64,000 nucleotides of DNA from Geopsychrobacteraceae bacterium (GCA_963676795.2 CAXXTB010000002.1:672001-736000), one strand, 5' to 3'. Positions 20,188-29,738 are shown, counted from the stretch's first letter. The notes: generated from the sequence alone by a model not told the origin. Numbers and translations: made by a program.

Positions 20188-20835
20188 GTGATGGTTCATT
20201 TGATAGATGGGCTTAAAGTCATACCTGGGGTCATGGGGGCATGCATCTGCCATCCCCAGGATGGTGTGCAGGCTTCGAATCTGCCGGCTATTTTCAAGGT
20301 GGAGCGACTGGAGACGATCGGTCGGCAGCTGATCAAGATGATTTCGGCTGGACGTATGAGCCTGAATGGCGTGAGTGATCTGCTTCTGCGCTTCGAAGAG
20401 TCGATGGTTGTTGCCCGCGAGTTGAAGGGGGGAGGGGTTGTTTTCGCCCTCTGTGACTCCAGCTGTCACAGGCAGATGCTGCAAATGCCGCTGAGTCTCG
20501 TCGTTGATGGTTATGCGGCGGCGGTAGCCGGTTCGGAGAAATCTCCTGCCGTTGCGGCGGTCGTTGACGCACCTGAAGCAGTCGTGCCAGCTGCAGCCAA
20601 CATCTCTGTGGATGAGCTGATCGAGGGGCTGCAGGAAGAGCTGGCGCCTCTGGTTGGTCCGATGGCCGGTATGATCGTTGAGGATAGCGTCGAGGTCTGG
20701 GAAGCGGGTGGGCGCAATGTGGCACGGATCGACGCTCTTGTCGATCTGATTTGTCAGGAAATCGGTGATGATGATAAGGCCGATGCTTTCCGCCTGGCTA
20801 CTGAAGTCCTCATTGCCGATCTGAAGAAAGGATAA
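20188..20835 (+). CDS. Roadblock/LC7-like protein with a helical C-terminal domain
   Basis: N-terminal L..IPGVMGACI....G roadblock-type pattern, an Ala-rich linker, and C-terminal L...VGPMA.MIV....W...L.....EI. Confidence 0.6.
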   Translation: MMVHLIDGLKVIPGVMGACICHPQDGVQASNLPAIFKVERLETIGRQLIKMISAGRMSLNGVSDLLLRFEESMVVARELKGGGVVFALCDSSCHRQMLQMPLSLVVDGYAAAVAGSEKSPAVAAVVDAPEAVVPAAANISVDELIEGLQEELAPLVGPMAGMIVEDSVEVWEAGGRNVARIDALVDLICQEIGDDDKADAFRLATEVLIADLKKG

Positions 20836-20839
20836 GCCC

Positions 20840-21181
20840 ATGGCATCCGCAAAAGAATTTATCGAGAGAGTTGATGCTGTCGATGGAGTTGCCGGCTGTC
20901 TTCTGGTGACCTCCGAAGGTGGTTTGCTCGGGCAGAGCGTAGACAACCCCGATCGCTATTCCGCATTGATGCTGGTCTGCCAGGGCCCGCTGGAGACAGT
21001 TATGGCCAACAGCGGGGTCGATTACTGCAGTCATTACAGCTTCTATGCCGAGGACGGGAATAATTTTCACGTGTTCCCGATCGGCAAGTTTATCGTCGGT
21101 GTCGTTCAGCAACCTTTTAGTGCTACGGAAGTCATGCTTGGCCAGATTCAGAAGCTGGTCCGCAAGGTGGGCAGTCACTGA
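20840..21181 (+). CDS. Roadblock/LC7 (MglB-like) protein
   Basis: 113 aa; V..VDGVAGCLLVTSEGGLL is the roadblock signature. Confidence 0.7.
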   Translation: MASAKEFIERVDAVDGVAGCLLVTSEGGLLGQSVDNPDRYSALMLVCQGPLETVMANSGVDYCSHYSFYAEDGNNFHVFPIGKFIVGVVQQPFSATEVMLGQIQKLVRKVGSH

Positions 21182-21302
21182 CGGAGCCTGGGCGGTGCTT
21201 CCCTGGCAAGGTTGATTTTTTTACCTGATCATGCGAGTCTGACCTCTAAGCGAAGTTCGGGCCGGTTGCCCGGGCAGAGACTCAAATCCTTCAGGAGATA
21301 TC

Positions 21303-21731
21303 ATGACAGCTGCGACAGACGGCAACAAGGTTAAGGTTCATTACACTGGAACGTTCGATAACGGTGAGGTCTTCGATACCTCCCGTCAGTCTCAACCGCT
21401 GGAATTTGAAGTTGGTTCCGGGCAGGTTATTCCGGGGTTCGACAATGCCGTAAAGGGTATGAAAATCGGCGAGACCAAAACCGTACGTTTGCCCGAAGAA
21501 GAAGCCTACGGACCTTACAATGAAGCGATGATTTTTGAGGCAGACCCCAGCCAGTTCGAGGAGGGGTTAAGTCCTGAAGTCGGACAGCAGTTTCAGACCC
21601 AGATGGAAGACGGCTCGCCATTGCTGCTGACGGTCAAAGCCGTTGAAGATGGCAAGATTACCCTCGATGCCAATCATCCCATGGCAGGAAAGACCCTGAA
21701 TTTCGAACTGGAGCTTGTTGCCATCGATTAG
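21303..21731 (+). CDS. slyD: FKBP-type peptidyl-prolyl isomerase (SlyD-like, no His-rich tail)
   Basis: VKVHYTG..D.GEVFDTS, GQVIPGF, EAYG, DANHPMAGKTLNF. Confidence 0.9.
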   Translation: MTAATDGNKVKVHYTGTFDNGEVFDTSRQSQPLEFEVGSGQVIPGFDNAVKGMKIGETKTVRLPEEEAYGPYNEAMIFEADPSQFEEGLSPEVGQQFQTQMEDGSPLLLTVKAVEDGKITLDANHPMAGKTLNFELELVAID

Positions 21732-21758
21732 GCGGAACCTCCTCTCTATGTATCAAGC

Positions 21759-21799
21759 TTACCCCCAAGGGTCATCGGATCCTTGGGGGTAACTTTTTT
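21759..21799 (+). terminator. Intrinsic terminator
   Basis: TTACCCCCAAGG / CCTTGGGGGTAA form a perfect 12-bp stem, followed by CTTTTTT. Confidence 0.85.
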
Positions 21800-21954
21800 C
21801 TGCGGGTTGTGAGTCCGTAGTAAAATTCCCGCCTTGATAGCCAGCATGACAACCTCAGCTCTCTTTGTCGTGGTGGTCATTGCCATCTTTACAAGTCTTT
21901 ACACCATAAAATATGAATAAATGTATACTTGGGTAAAAATACTGGGGAGGCATT

Positions 21955-22779
21955 ATGAATATACGAAAAATTACATCCTTGACGGCTCTGATCTCGTTTG
22001 TGCTGCTCATTCTGACCAGTGTCATTCTCTACATCGTCCCCTCGGGGCGGGTGGCCTACTGGGCCAGCTGGAAACTGTGGGGGCTGAGCAAGGAGCAGTG
22101 GGCTGAGGTTCATATCAACCTGGGTGTTCTGCTGTTGATCGCAATGATCCTGCACATCTATCTGAACTGGAAGCCGATGGTCAGTTATATGCGCAGCAGA
22201 ACCCGGAAATTCAGGCTGTTTACCGTCGACTTTAACGTTTCCCTGCTTATTGCTCTGGTGGTCTTTTTCGGTACGCTCGCCGGGATTCCGCCGATGAGTT
22301 CGGTTATTCAGCTGGGTGCCAATATTACCGAGGACGCAAACCAGTTTTACGGTGAACCGCCCTACGGTCACGCTGAGTTGTCAGTCCTGCCGGATTTCGC
22401 CCAAAAGGTTGATGTCGATCTGGATGAGGCTATCGGCCGCCTGGAGGCTGCTGGCTACCAGATCCCTGCTCGACAGATGACGATCGGGGACCTGGCCGAG
22501 GTGAATGGCGTCGCTCCCGGCCAGCTTTATGCTGCTATGAAGCCGGAAATGCCCGGAGAGACAAAGGTCATGCCGGAAGAGTCTCCCGGCGGTACGGGGC
22601 AGAAGAAGTTGGGAACTCTCTGCGAGACATATCAGTTGAATGTTGAGTCGATTATTGCCGGCTTGGCGGAAATGGGAATCGTCGCGACATCCGAGCAGAC
22701 GTTAAAGGAGATAGGTGCGGCTGTTGGCAAAGATCCCCATGCTATCTACGCTTTGATCTATTCCATCAGCCACCAGTAG
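21955..22779 (+). CDS. DUF4405-type membrane protein with duplicated C-terminal domain
   Basis: TSVILYIVP.GRVAYW, W..VHI, LHIYLNWK; three TM segments; repeated T+.++A...G..P..LY helical unit. Confidence 0.75.
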   Translation: MNIRKITSLTALISFVLLILTSVILYIVPSGRVAYWASWKLWGLSKEQWAEVHINLGVLLLIAMILHIYLNWKPMVSYMRSRTRKFRLFTVDFNVSLLIALVVFFGTLAGIPPMSSVIQLGANITEDANQFYGEPPYGHAELSVLPDFAQKVDVDLDEAIGRLEAAGYQIPARQMTIGDLAEVNGVAPGQLYAAMKPEMPGETKVMPEESPGGTGQKKLGTLCETYQLNVESIIAGLAEMGIVATSEQTLKEIGAAVGKDPHAIYALIYSISHQ

Positions 22780-22824
22780 CGGGTCGGCGGTTCTGTACAT
22801 GATATGCAGGGCCGCCGATTTATC

Positions 22825-23307
22825 TTATGGATAGAGGCGCACGAGATATTCGGCAACGCAAGCCGGTTTAGGCTCTCCTGCGATTTCAATGTTGATCAGG
22901 TATGTCAGTTGTATGGCACCGTTGGTTTTTACAGCGTCCTGCAGTGTTGTGCGGGCGCGCAGTGAGCTATCAACTCTGACCGGGGCAGGGAAGCGGACCT
23001 TGTTCAGCCCATAGTTCACCTGATACGCCATTCCCGGATAATTCTTCTGAAAATAATCGCTGTCAATCTGTTCGGTGAGGTAAGGCAGCAGTGAAAGTGT
23101 CAGGTAGCCGTGAGCTATCGTTGTGGTGAAGGGAGATTCTTGGCCGGCACGTTCAGGGTTGGTATGGATCCATTGCTGGTCGCCGGTGACATCAGCGAAT
23201 TGATTGATTCTCTCCTGGTCGATCTTCAGCCATTTTCCGACGTGAACCTCGCTGCCGAGTTGGGGCTGAATCCAGGTCAGAAAGCTGTTCAGCTTATCCT
23301 CAGGCAT
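22825..23307 (-). CDS. MaoC-family dehydratase
   Basis: QERINQFADVTGDQQWIH, TIAHGYLTLSL, NYGLNKVRFPAPV. Confidence 0.92.
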   Translation of the reverse strand: MPEDKLNSFLTWIQPQLGSEVHVGKWLKIDQERINQFADVTGDQQWIHTNPERAGQESPFTTTIAHGYLTLSLLPYLTEQIDSDYFQKNYPGMAYQVNYGLNKVRFPAPVRVDSSLRARTTLQDAVKTNGAIQLTYLINIEIAGEPKPACVAEYLVRLYP

Positions 23308-23782
23308 CGACGAGCTCACGAATGTAGCTCAATACATGCTGCGGATGTTCGGCCGCCTTGGCGACTTTGGACCAGTGTTTGATGACCGCTCCGTCCTTGT
23401 CGATCAGAACGGTTGAGCGAATGCAGCCGAGTGAGGTTTTTCCGTAGAGTTTTTTCTCTCCCCAGGCAGCGTACTCCTGAAGCATTTTTGTCTCCGGATC
23501 CGAAAGGAGCGGGAAGGGCAGTTCGTACTTGGCGATGAAGTTGGCATGTGATTTAAGGCTGTCCTTGCTGACACCGAGGATTTTGATTCCCATGTCGATC
23601 AGCTCAGAGTAGGCATCCCTGAATCCGCAGGCTTCTTTGGTGCAGCCTGGGGTGCTGTCTTTGGGATAAAAGAAAATCACCAGCCTGGTGCCGCTGTAAT
23701 CCTTGAGGGAGTGGGTTTTTCCGTCGCTACCCTGAAGCCTGAATGCAGGAGCTTGCAGTCCATCTTTGAGGGCCATGATCAA
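23300..23782 (-). CDS. bcp: Thioredoxin-dependent thiol peroxidase Bcp/PrxQ
   Basis: FFYPKDSTPGCTKEACGFRD. Confidence 0.93.
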   Translation of the reverse strand: MIMALKDGLQAPAFRLQGSDGKTHSLKDYSGTRLVIFFYPKDSTPGCTKEACGFRDAYSELIDMGIKILGVSKDSLKSHANFIAKYELPFPLLSDPETKMLQEYAAWGEKKLYGKTSLGCIRSTVLIDKDGAVIKHWSKVAKAAEHPQHVLSYIRELVDA

Positions 23783-24060
23783 TTTTCCCCTTCGTCATTA
23801 GCGTTGAGCAGTCTGTCAAGTTTGTTCAGCTTGGCTGTGATGGCCTGGTCCACTTTTTCCGTGCCGAGCATCCAGCTGAGTTGGCCGAGCATCAGGTTCA
23901 CATCGGCCAGTTCCTCAATGACCTCATTTTCGCCGATTCTGCCCCTTTTGTAGTGTTTTAGAGCGGCAATCAGCTCGGCACATTCCTCGATCATCTGATC
24001 GTATTGCGCCTCGCTCCCCCATTTGTTGAGGGTCGCCTGGTAGATCTTTTCTAGGGACAT
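23779..24060 (-). CDS. MazG-like NTP pyrophosphohydrolase
   Basis: EECAEL...EELADV acidic EXXE...EXXD motif; 93 aa. Confidence 0.8.
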   Translation of the reverse strand: MSLEKIYQATLNKWGSEAQYDQMIEECAELIAALKHYKRGRIGENEVIEELADVNLMLGQLSWMLGTEKVDQAITAKLNKLDRLLNANDEGEN

Positions 24061-24085
24061 AATCGGCCTTTAGAAAATGCTGTTG

Positions 24086-24844
24086 TCAGTCTTCTTTGTG
24101 ACGGTGCTGACGCTGGTACTGCTTGAACCAGATCTGGAACTCTTTTTCTTCGCTTTCCATCTCAAAGGCGTTGATCAGTCCTCTGGCCAGGGAGACCGCT
24201 ACCGCTCTATTGCGCAGGTTGAAAGAGTCGCCGACCTTGTCGCTGTGAAACTGTTCCTGGTCGATACCCAGCTTCGAATACAGGGAGTTCAGGCGGCTCT
24301 GGACTCCGCGGCGAGAGAGGTAGCGACGCTGGGCAATCAGGTTGTCGGTCAGGCCGAGTGAGATATCCAGAAGTGCCTCGTACTCAATGTCGGAGAGTGC
24401 GGTCAGGCTGTGGCCGGCACGTCCCTGAACCTTGCGGACCTCCGGATCGATCCAGCACTGTTCTTCGAGAAGAACGGTACGGACTGCGGATGCGATGCGG
24501 TCGAGCGGGCTGGACTTGAGGATGTAGCCATAGACCGTTTCCGGAGGCACGATTTTAGCCAGCGAGCGCACGTACATTTCATCCTTGTACTGGCTCCAGA
24601 AGATGATGCGTGCCTGAGGTTTCTTGTCCCACAGGTTTTTGGCGAATTCGATGCCATTCATTTCCGGCATTTGTATATCGCTGATGACCAGGGGTTTATC
24701 TCGAGACAGACCAATCTCCAAAGCCGAACTGCCGTTCGGGGCCCGGGTGATGACAACGCCTTCATCCCAATCTTTCAGCAGATGTTCAAGAAATTCGTAA
24801 TCCTTCGGGTTGTCTTCAGCAATCAGAATGTCAAGCTGACTCAT
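24086..24844 (-). CDS. NarL/LuxR-type response regulator
   Basis: IAEDN, SDIQMP, GYILK, and C-terminal HTH GLTDNLIAQRRYLSRRGVQSRLNSLYSKLG. Confidence 0.88.
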   Translation of the reverse strand: MSQLDILIAEDNPKDYEFLEHLLKDWDEGVVITRAPNGSSALEIGLSRDKPLVISDIQMPEMNGIEFAKNLWDKKPQARIIFWSQYKDEMYVRSLAKIVPPETVYGYILKSSPLDRIASAVRTVLLEEQCWIDPEVRKVQGRAGHSLTALSDIEYEALLDISLGLTDNLIAQRRYLSRRGVQSRLNSLYSKLGIDQEQFHSDKVGDSFNLRNRAVAVSLARGLINAFEMESEEKEFQIWFKQYQRQHRHKED

Positions 24845-26231
24845 TGTCTTCTCCTACATTGGCAGGAATGTGATAATTAAGCTCAAACCGTGTTCCACTA
24901 GAGAACCGGGACTTTTTCCAGGAAACTTCAGCGCCAATCGCTTTGGCTCTTTCCCGCATATTGTTAAGGCCACGCCCTTTTCCCAGGGGTTCCTTGACCA
25001 GCATTCCAGCCCCGTTGTCTTCCACGGAGAAAATCAGATTACCTTCGCAGACTTCCAGGTTGACTTCGTAGCGGGTGGCCTGGGCGTGTTTGATGACGTT
25101 CTGGATTGCTTCGATGGCAATGCGATAGATATTCAGCTGATGCAGGCGACCTATTTTTACACTGTAGGCGTCGGGCGTGATGTGTAGATTGTAGATCGGC
25201 AGGTCGTCGCTGTTGCAGTGTTCATCGAGGTGCGCCTCGATAGTTGCACCAAGACCGAGAATTTCCAGGGCCTGGGGATGCAGGTTGTTCATGATGTCGC
25301 GCAGATTGTTGATGGCTTTGGACAGGTCATTGAAGAGGTGCTCGGCCTGATTGCGTCGGTCAGAATTCAGGTCTGTCGTTGATAAGCTGCGCAGGCCGCG
25401 AAGGATCCCCGAAAGGTCTGAGAGTGTCTGATCGTGGAGATCCATGGCAATACGCCGGCGCTCTTCTGCTGCCCCCTCCAGCAACTTCTCTGTCCCGACG
25501 ACCTGAACCAGTTTTCGGGTCATACGATGAATCGACAGGGCGACGATATCCAGCTCGTCTTTCAGTTTGTGGGGCGGCTGGGGCGCTTCCAGCTTGCCGT
25601 CAGCAATCTGTGCTGCATAGGTCGACAGGGTCTGGATGCGGATGAAAATGCGTCGACTGAAATATAGGGAGATCGTCATGCCAAGCAGGATGGCCAACAG
25701 CAGAACCGACATCACGACGATGGCGGCACGCTCTACCAGGCTGTTGATGTCCTCTTCCTGGGTTGCCCGCAGACGATGGCTGTAAACCTGGGTCAGGCTT
25801 GACAGGCTTGAGAGTTCGGCTCTGAATTCAGCAAACGCCTGGGCTGTTTGCTCGGGTTCGTTCGATCCCGTCGGGTTCAGGCTATGTGCCATTTCAGCCA
25901 GAAGGTATATCCTGTTGTTGTTTTTCAGCGGTCCAAAGGCCTTGACCCTGGCCACCGCTCCGAGCAGGCGATCGTAGAGTTCGGCGGCGAGAGCCATGTC
26001 TTCCGGTGGGGGGACGTTACTGTACTGCATGGCCCTGATCAGGACATGGAGGCGCCTCGCTGCCATGTCGGCCTCGGCAAGCGCGCCGAAGGATGTCCCG
26101 ACCGCGTCGAGTTCCTGACGTTTCTCTACCAAGCTCCAATAGCTGTACTGCATGAAGATAAGAAGAAAGATCAACAGTACGAAAATTGTTGCCGGGGCGA
26201 GTAAAACTTGTTGTTTTACAGGCATTCTCAT
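24831..26231 (-). CDS. Membrane sensor histidine kinase (HAMP, HisKA_3/NarX-like)
   Basis: Two TM segments, HAMP (DEL..VA), EERRRIAMDLHD, YRIAIEAIQNVIKHA, DNGAG, GRGL.NMRERA. Confidence 0.92.
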   Translation of the reverse strand: MRMPVKQQVLLAPATIFVLLIFLLIFMQYSYWSLVEKRQELDAVGTSFGALAEADMAARRLHVLIRAMQYSNVPPPEDMALAAELYDRLLGAVARVKAFGPLKNNNRIYLLAEMAHSLNPTGSNEPEQTAQAFAEFRAELSSLSSLTQVYSHRLRATQEEDINSLVERAAIVVMSVLLLAILLGMTISLYFSRRIFIRIQTLSTYAAQIADGKLEAPQPPHKLKDELDIVALSIHRMTRKLVQVVGTEKLLEGAAEERRRIAMDLHDQTLSDLSGILRGLRSLSTTDLNSDRRNQAEHLFNDLSKAINNLRDIMNNLHPQALEILGLGATIEAHLDEHCNSDDLPIYNLHITPDAYSVKIGRLHQLNIYRIAIEAIQNVIKHAQATRYEVNLEVCEGNLIFSVEDNGAGMLVKEPLGKGRGLNNMRERAKAIGAEVSWKKSRFSSGTRFELNYHIPANVGEDNESA

Positions 26232-26333
26232 AGGCGGAATTATAGCCTAACAGGATTTAAATACACTGTGCAAATGCGCAGAAGTGAAGTGCTTTTACAT
26301 TTTCTTGCGGGTGTTCCGGGAGGTTCAATGCAT

Positions 26334-26401
26334 AAAAAAACCCCAAAGGCCTGGAGGGGGGGGAGGCCTTCGGGGTTTGCAAGCCTCAGTGAGGTTGCTT
26401 G
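26334..26401 (-). ncRNA. Candidate small RNA (~70 nt) with a C-rich terminator loop
   Basis: Upstream minus-strand TTCACT-17-TATAAA. 5' hairpin GCAACCTC-ACT-GAGGCTTGC, then a 15-bp terminator stem with a strand-specific G.U pair, loop CCCCCCCCTCC and a U-tract. Confidence 0.5.
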
Positions 26402-26407
26402 TGTGTC

Positions 26408-26436
26408 TTTATACAGGATGTATCCGTAAAAGTGAA
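26408..26436 (-). promoter_or_regulatory. Sigma70-like promoter
   Basis: -35 TTCACT (26436-26431), 17-nt spacer, -10 TATAAA (26413-26408), with an AT-rich upstream tract. Confidence 0.55.
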
Positions 26437-26457
26437 CAAAAAAATTTTTAAAAATTC

Positions 26458-27807
26458 TTAGTTAGCAATTTTCTTGGTGAAATCCATGTCGACTGGCAGG
26501 GTTACCGTGAAACAGCTGCCTTTCCCGACTTCGGAAGTCACGGAAATTATGCCGTTGTGGGCATTGACGATCCATTCAGCAATAGCAAGCCCGAGCCCTG
26601 ATCCGCCGTCATTGCGATTCTTCGTTTTGTCGATGCGATAGAACCGCTCAAAGATTTTTTTGAGGTGCTTTTCGTCGATACCGGTCCCTGTGTCGATGAC
26701 ATGGATTGCAACCTTGTCATCCAGGTGGTCGACCTTCATGGTGATGGTCCCATGTTCCGGGGTATAGCGGATTGCGTTAGTCAGGAGGTTGAGGAAAACC
26801 TGACGCAGTCGCACGCTGTCGGCGCTGATGTAGATATCGATATTACCCGGATAGTCAAGATTGACGCTGATCTGTTTGTTTTGAGCCAGAATCGCCCCCT
26901 GGTGCTTGAGCTCAAGGAGGATCTCCGGAAGATAGAGCAGGTCAAGGCGAATCGGCAATTCTCCGAGGTCGCTTTTGGACAGAGTGAGCAGGTCGTCGAT
27001 CAGATAGCTCATCCTGTTGATTTCTTCCAGGTTCGATTCCAGAGTGCGGCGCAGCTGATCGTCCAGGCTGTTGCTACGTATCGAAAGCTCTGTTTCACCA
27101 CGTAATATTGTCAGAGGAGTTCTGAGCTCATGGGTCACGTTTGAGGTGAACTGGCGGGCTCGGGTGAGTTCTTCCGACAGCCGCTGGATTTTTTTCGCAT
27201 GTTCTTTCGCCAGATCGCGCAGTAGCGGTTTTTTCAGGTTGTCAGGTTTAATAGCGCTATCGCTGGAAAACTGCTGCAGGAGCTCTTTAAGCTCTTCATC
27301 CTGGCGATTCAAAAGAAGCTTCTGCAGCCAGTAAAACAACAGCAGGATAATGATTCCAATCAGAGTCAGGACAACCAGTATGCACTTTATGTAGGCTGCA
27401 GACAGGTTTTGGCTTTTAACCTGGAGTATCAACTGGTGGACAGGTAACGTCGTGATGAGAATCCGTTCTTTTTCCGGGCTGGTGAAAATCCGTTGTGAAT
27501 CCCAGGCTGTGACAGGCTTCAGGTCGGGCTGATCGGCGCAGTAGGCGGTATTGCTGGCGGAGAACAATGAGGCCTGGACGTTGCCGAATTCTGCGCGATT
27601 AATGGCTTGGAGATGCTGGCAGAAGTTGCTGCTGTCCTGTGCCGCAGAAAAAAAGCGGGCGATCTGGGTCAGCTGGCGATCTGTCTGGGCCTGCTGAAGC
27701 TGGCGAAACGAATACTGCCAAAAAAAAACGCCTCCACTCAGCACCAGTGCAAGAAAGACAAGGCTTATGAGTGGAAGGCGATTCCTCTTCCCGTCAGTTG
27801 AGCTCAA
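26458..27807 (-). CDS. Membrane sensor histidine kinase (OmpR-partner class, CusS/PhoR-like)
   Basis: Two TM segments, FTSNVTHELRTPL, QVFLNLLTNA, DTGTGI, IFERFYR, GGSGLGL. TTG start abuts the regulator stop. Confidence 0.9.
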   Translation of the reverse strand: MSSTDGKRNRLPLISLVFLALVLSGGVFFWQYSFRQLQQAQTDRQLTQIARFFSAAQDSSNFCQHLQAINRAEFGNVQASLFSASNTAYCADQPDLKPVTAWDSQRIFTSPEKERILITTLPVHQLILQVKSQNLSAAYIKCILVVLTLIGIIILLLFYWLQKLLLNRQDEELKELLQQFSSDSAIKPDNLKKPLLRDLAKEHAKKIQRLSEELTRARQFTSNVTHELRTPLTILRGETELSIRSNSLDDQLRRTLESNLEEINRMSYLIDDLLTLSKSDLGELPIRLDLLYLPEILLELKHQGAILAQNKQISVNLDYPGNIDIYISADSVRLRQVFLNLLTNAIRYTPEHGTITMKVDHLDDKVAIHVIDTGTGIDEKHLKKIFERFYRIDKTKNRNDGGSGLGLAIAEWIVNAHNGIISVTSEVGKGSCFTVTLPVDMDFTKKIAN

Positions 27808-28482
27808 TTATTCAGACTCCTTGAGGACGTATCCGACCCCACGAACGGTATGAATGAGTTTTTTGTCGAAGTCGCGGTCGATTTTTTTTCTCAGATAATT
27901 GACGTAGACATCGATAATATTGGTGAATGAATCAAAGGTATAATCCCAGACGTGTTCTGCGATCATGGTTCTGGTCAGGACCTGATTCGGATTGCGCATG
28001 AAGTACTCGAGCAGGGCATATTCCTTGGCAGTCAGATCGATTTCCGTATTGTTTCTCCAGACCTTGTGGCCAACCGGATCGAGACGCAGATCTGCGAAAT
28101 AGAGCTCGGCGCCGCGATCCTGGGAGCCGCGACGAATCAGGGCTCTGACCCGGGCGACCAGTTCAGCAAAGGCAAAAGGTTTGGTCAGGTAGTCGTCGCT
28201 GCCGATGTCCAGGCCTGAGACAATATCTTCAACTGTATCCTTTGCGGTCAGGCAGAGGATGGGGGTTGCAATATTCTTTTCGCGAAGTTCGTTGATAGCG
28301 CTGAGCCCGTCTTTGCGGGGCAGCATCACGTCCATAAGAATCAAGTCATAAGCCGTACTGGATGCCATTTCAACGCCTTCTTCACCATCGTAAGCGACGT
28401 CAACCTGGAACTCTTCTTCTTCCAGCCCCCTCTTGATAAAACTGGCAACCTTTTTTTCGTCTTCTACTACCAGGATGCGCAT
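27808..28482 (-). CDS. OmpR-family response regulator (CusR/CzcR-like)
   Basis: MRILVVEDE, DVMLP..DG, DDYLTKPF, LTAKEYALLEY, IHTVRGVGY. Confidence 0.95.
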   Translation of the reverse strand: MRILVVEDEKKVASFIKRGLEEEEFQVDVAYDGEEGVEMASSTAYDLILMDVMLPRKDGLSAINELREKNIATPILCLTAKDTVEDIVSGLDIGSDDYLTKPFAFAELVARVRALIRRGSQDRGAELYFADLRLDPVGHKVWRNNTEIDLTAKEYALLEYFMRNPNQVLTRTMIAEHVWDYTFDSFTNIIDVYVNYLRKKIDRDFDKKLIHTVRGVGYVLKESE

Positions 28483-28812
28483 CAGGTGGTTTCTCCTTCT
28501 TTTCTTTCGAGATCTCTTTTGTTAGCGGGCTGAAGAGCGGGAAGTGGTCTGGGGGAGGTTCAGCCGTTTATGTCTAAATAGTCAAAACTCATGAGAATTT
28601 GAAAAAAACTGTAGCAGAGGGTGCATTCTCGTGCAAGGGGAAAATGATTGAATTTTAATTATTTTTCTCTTTTTTTGGGTAAAAAAGAGTTCGCGACCTG
28701 TTAATATAAAATGGATTGTGAATTGTAAATGCTGATAATATGAAACATTGATGTTTGTCTGTTGGCAAAAACTTAGTTGCTTTTAAATGGCACATTCTGT
28801 TAGATGTTAATA

Positions 28813-29733
28813 ATGAAAAATAATTGGATTCTTGTTGAAATTGAGTTGCCGGGTGTTTTGGTAGATATCGTTGCAGCAGTTCTTGCGGAGCACGATTGTC
28901 AGGGCACGGTTGTTGAAGATCGCACTCTGGATACCTTTATCGTTCCGGACGATGAGCTCCTGGCGGACCAGCTTTATACGATCAAGTCGTATTTCGATGC
29001 AACGGCAGGGGGGGCTGAACTGGTTGAGCGGCTCCGTAGCGATTTTTCCGAACTGCCGGTCTTGGCGCCCTGGAGCGGGAAGATTGTTCTTGTGGGGTCG
29101 GTCAAAAACGAAGACTGGGCCCAGAACTGGAAGCAGAATTTTTCCAGTTTTAAGATTGGTGATAAGCTGGTGTTCAAGCCCAGTTGGGAAGATCTCGAGG
29201 TTGCCGGCGATATGCGGGTTATCGAGATCGACCCCGGTATGGCTTTTGGAACCGGTACCCACGGGACAACACGCCTGTGTCTTGAGGCGATTGCCGAGCT
29301 GTTTGAAGTGCAACAACCGCCAGTCACCCTGCTGGATGTCGGAACGGGGTCCGGAATCCTGGCCCTTGGCGCCGCCGCTCTTGGTTGCCGGCAGGTGCTC
29401 GGCAACGATCTCGATCCGGTTGCCTGTGAGGTGGCTCGCTCCAATGTCGCCATCAATGGCTACAGCAGCCAGGTTGAGATTACCGAACAGCCTCTTGAGC
29501 AGCTTGAAGGCCAGTTCGATATGGTGATTGCCAATATCCTGGCCGAGGAAAATGTCAGGCTCAAACAGTCGCTCTTTGACCATACCGCGTTAGGCGGCTG
29601 GCTGGTTCTCTCTGGTATCCTGCGGGAAAAAGAGGATTTTGTCAGAAATGGCTTTGCCGATCTTGCTCTTAAAGCGTTTCCGACCCGCTACCAGGACGAG
29701 TGGGTCTGTATGGTCTATAAGCGGCTGGGCTGA
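28813..29733 (+). CDS. prmA: Ribosomal protein L11 methyltransferase
   Basis: EDWAQNWK, IDPGMAFGTGTHGTT, LDVGTGSGILA, ANILA, LVLSGIL. Confidence 0.95.
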   Translation: MKNNWILVEIELPGVLVDIVAAVLAEHDCQGTVVEDRTLDTFIVPDDELLADQLYTIKSYFDATAGGAELVERLRSDFSELPVLAPWSGKIVLVGSVKNEDWAQNWKQNFSSFKIGDKLVFKPSWEDLEVAGDMRVIEIDPGMAFGTGTHGTTRLCLEAIAELFEVQQPPVTLLDVGTGSGILALGAAALGCRQVLGNDLDPVACEVARSNVAINGYSSQVEITEQPLEQLEGQFDMVIANILAEENVRLKQSLFDHTALGGWLVLSGILREKEDFVRNGFADLALKAFPTRYQDEWVCMVYKRLG

Positions 29734-29738
29734 CAAGG

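Noticed and set aside
28787..28803. TGGCAC upstream of prmA as a sigma54 promoter
   Set aside because: There is no TTGC -12 element at the required spacing.
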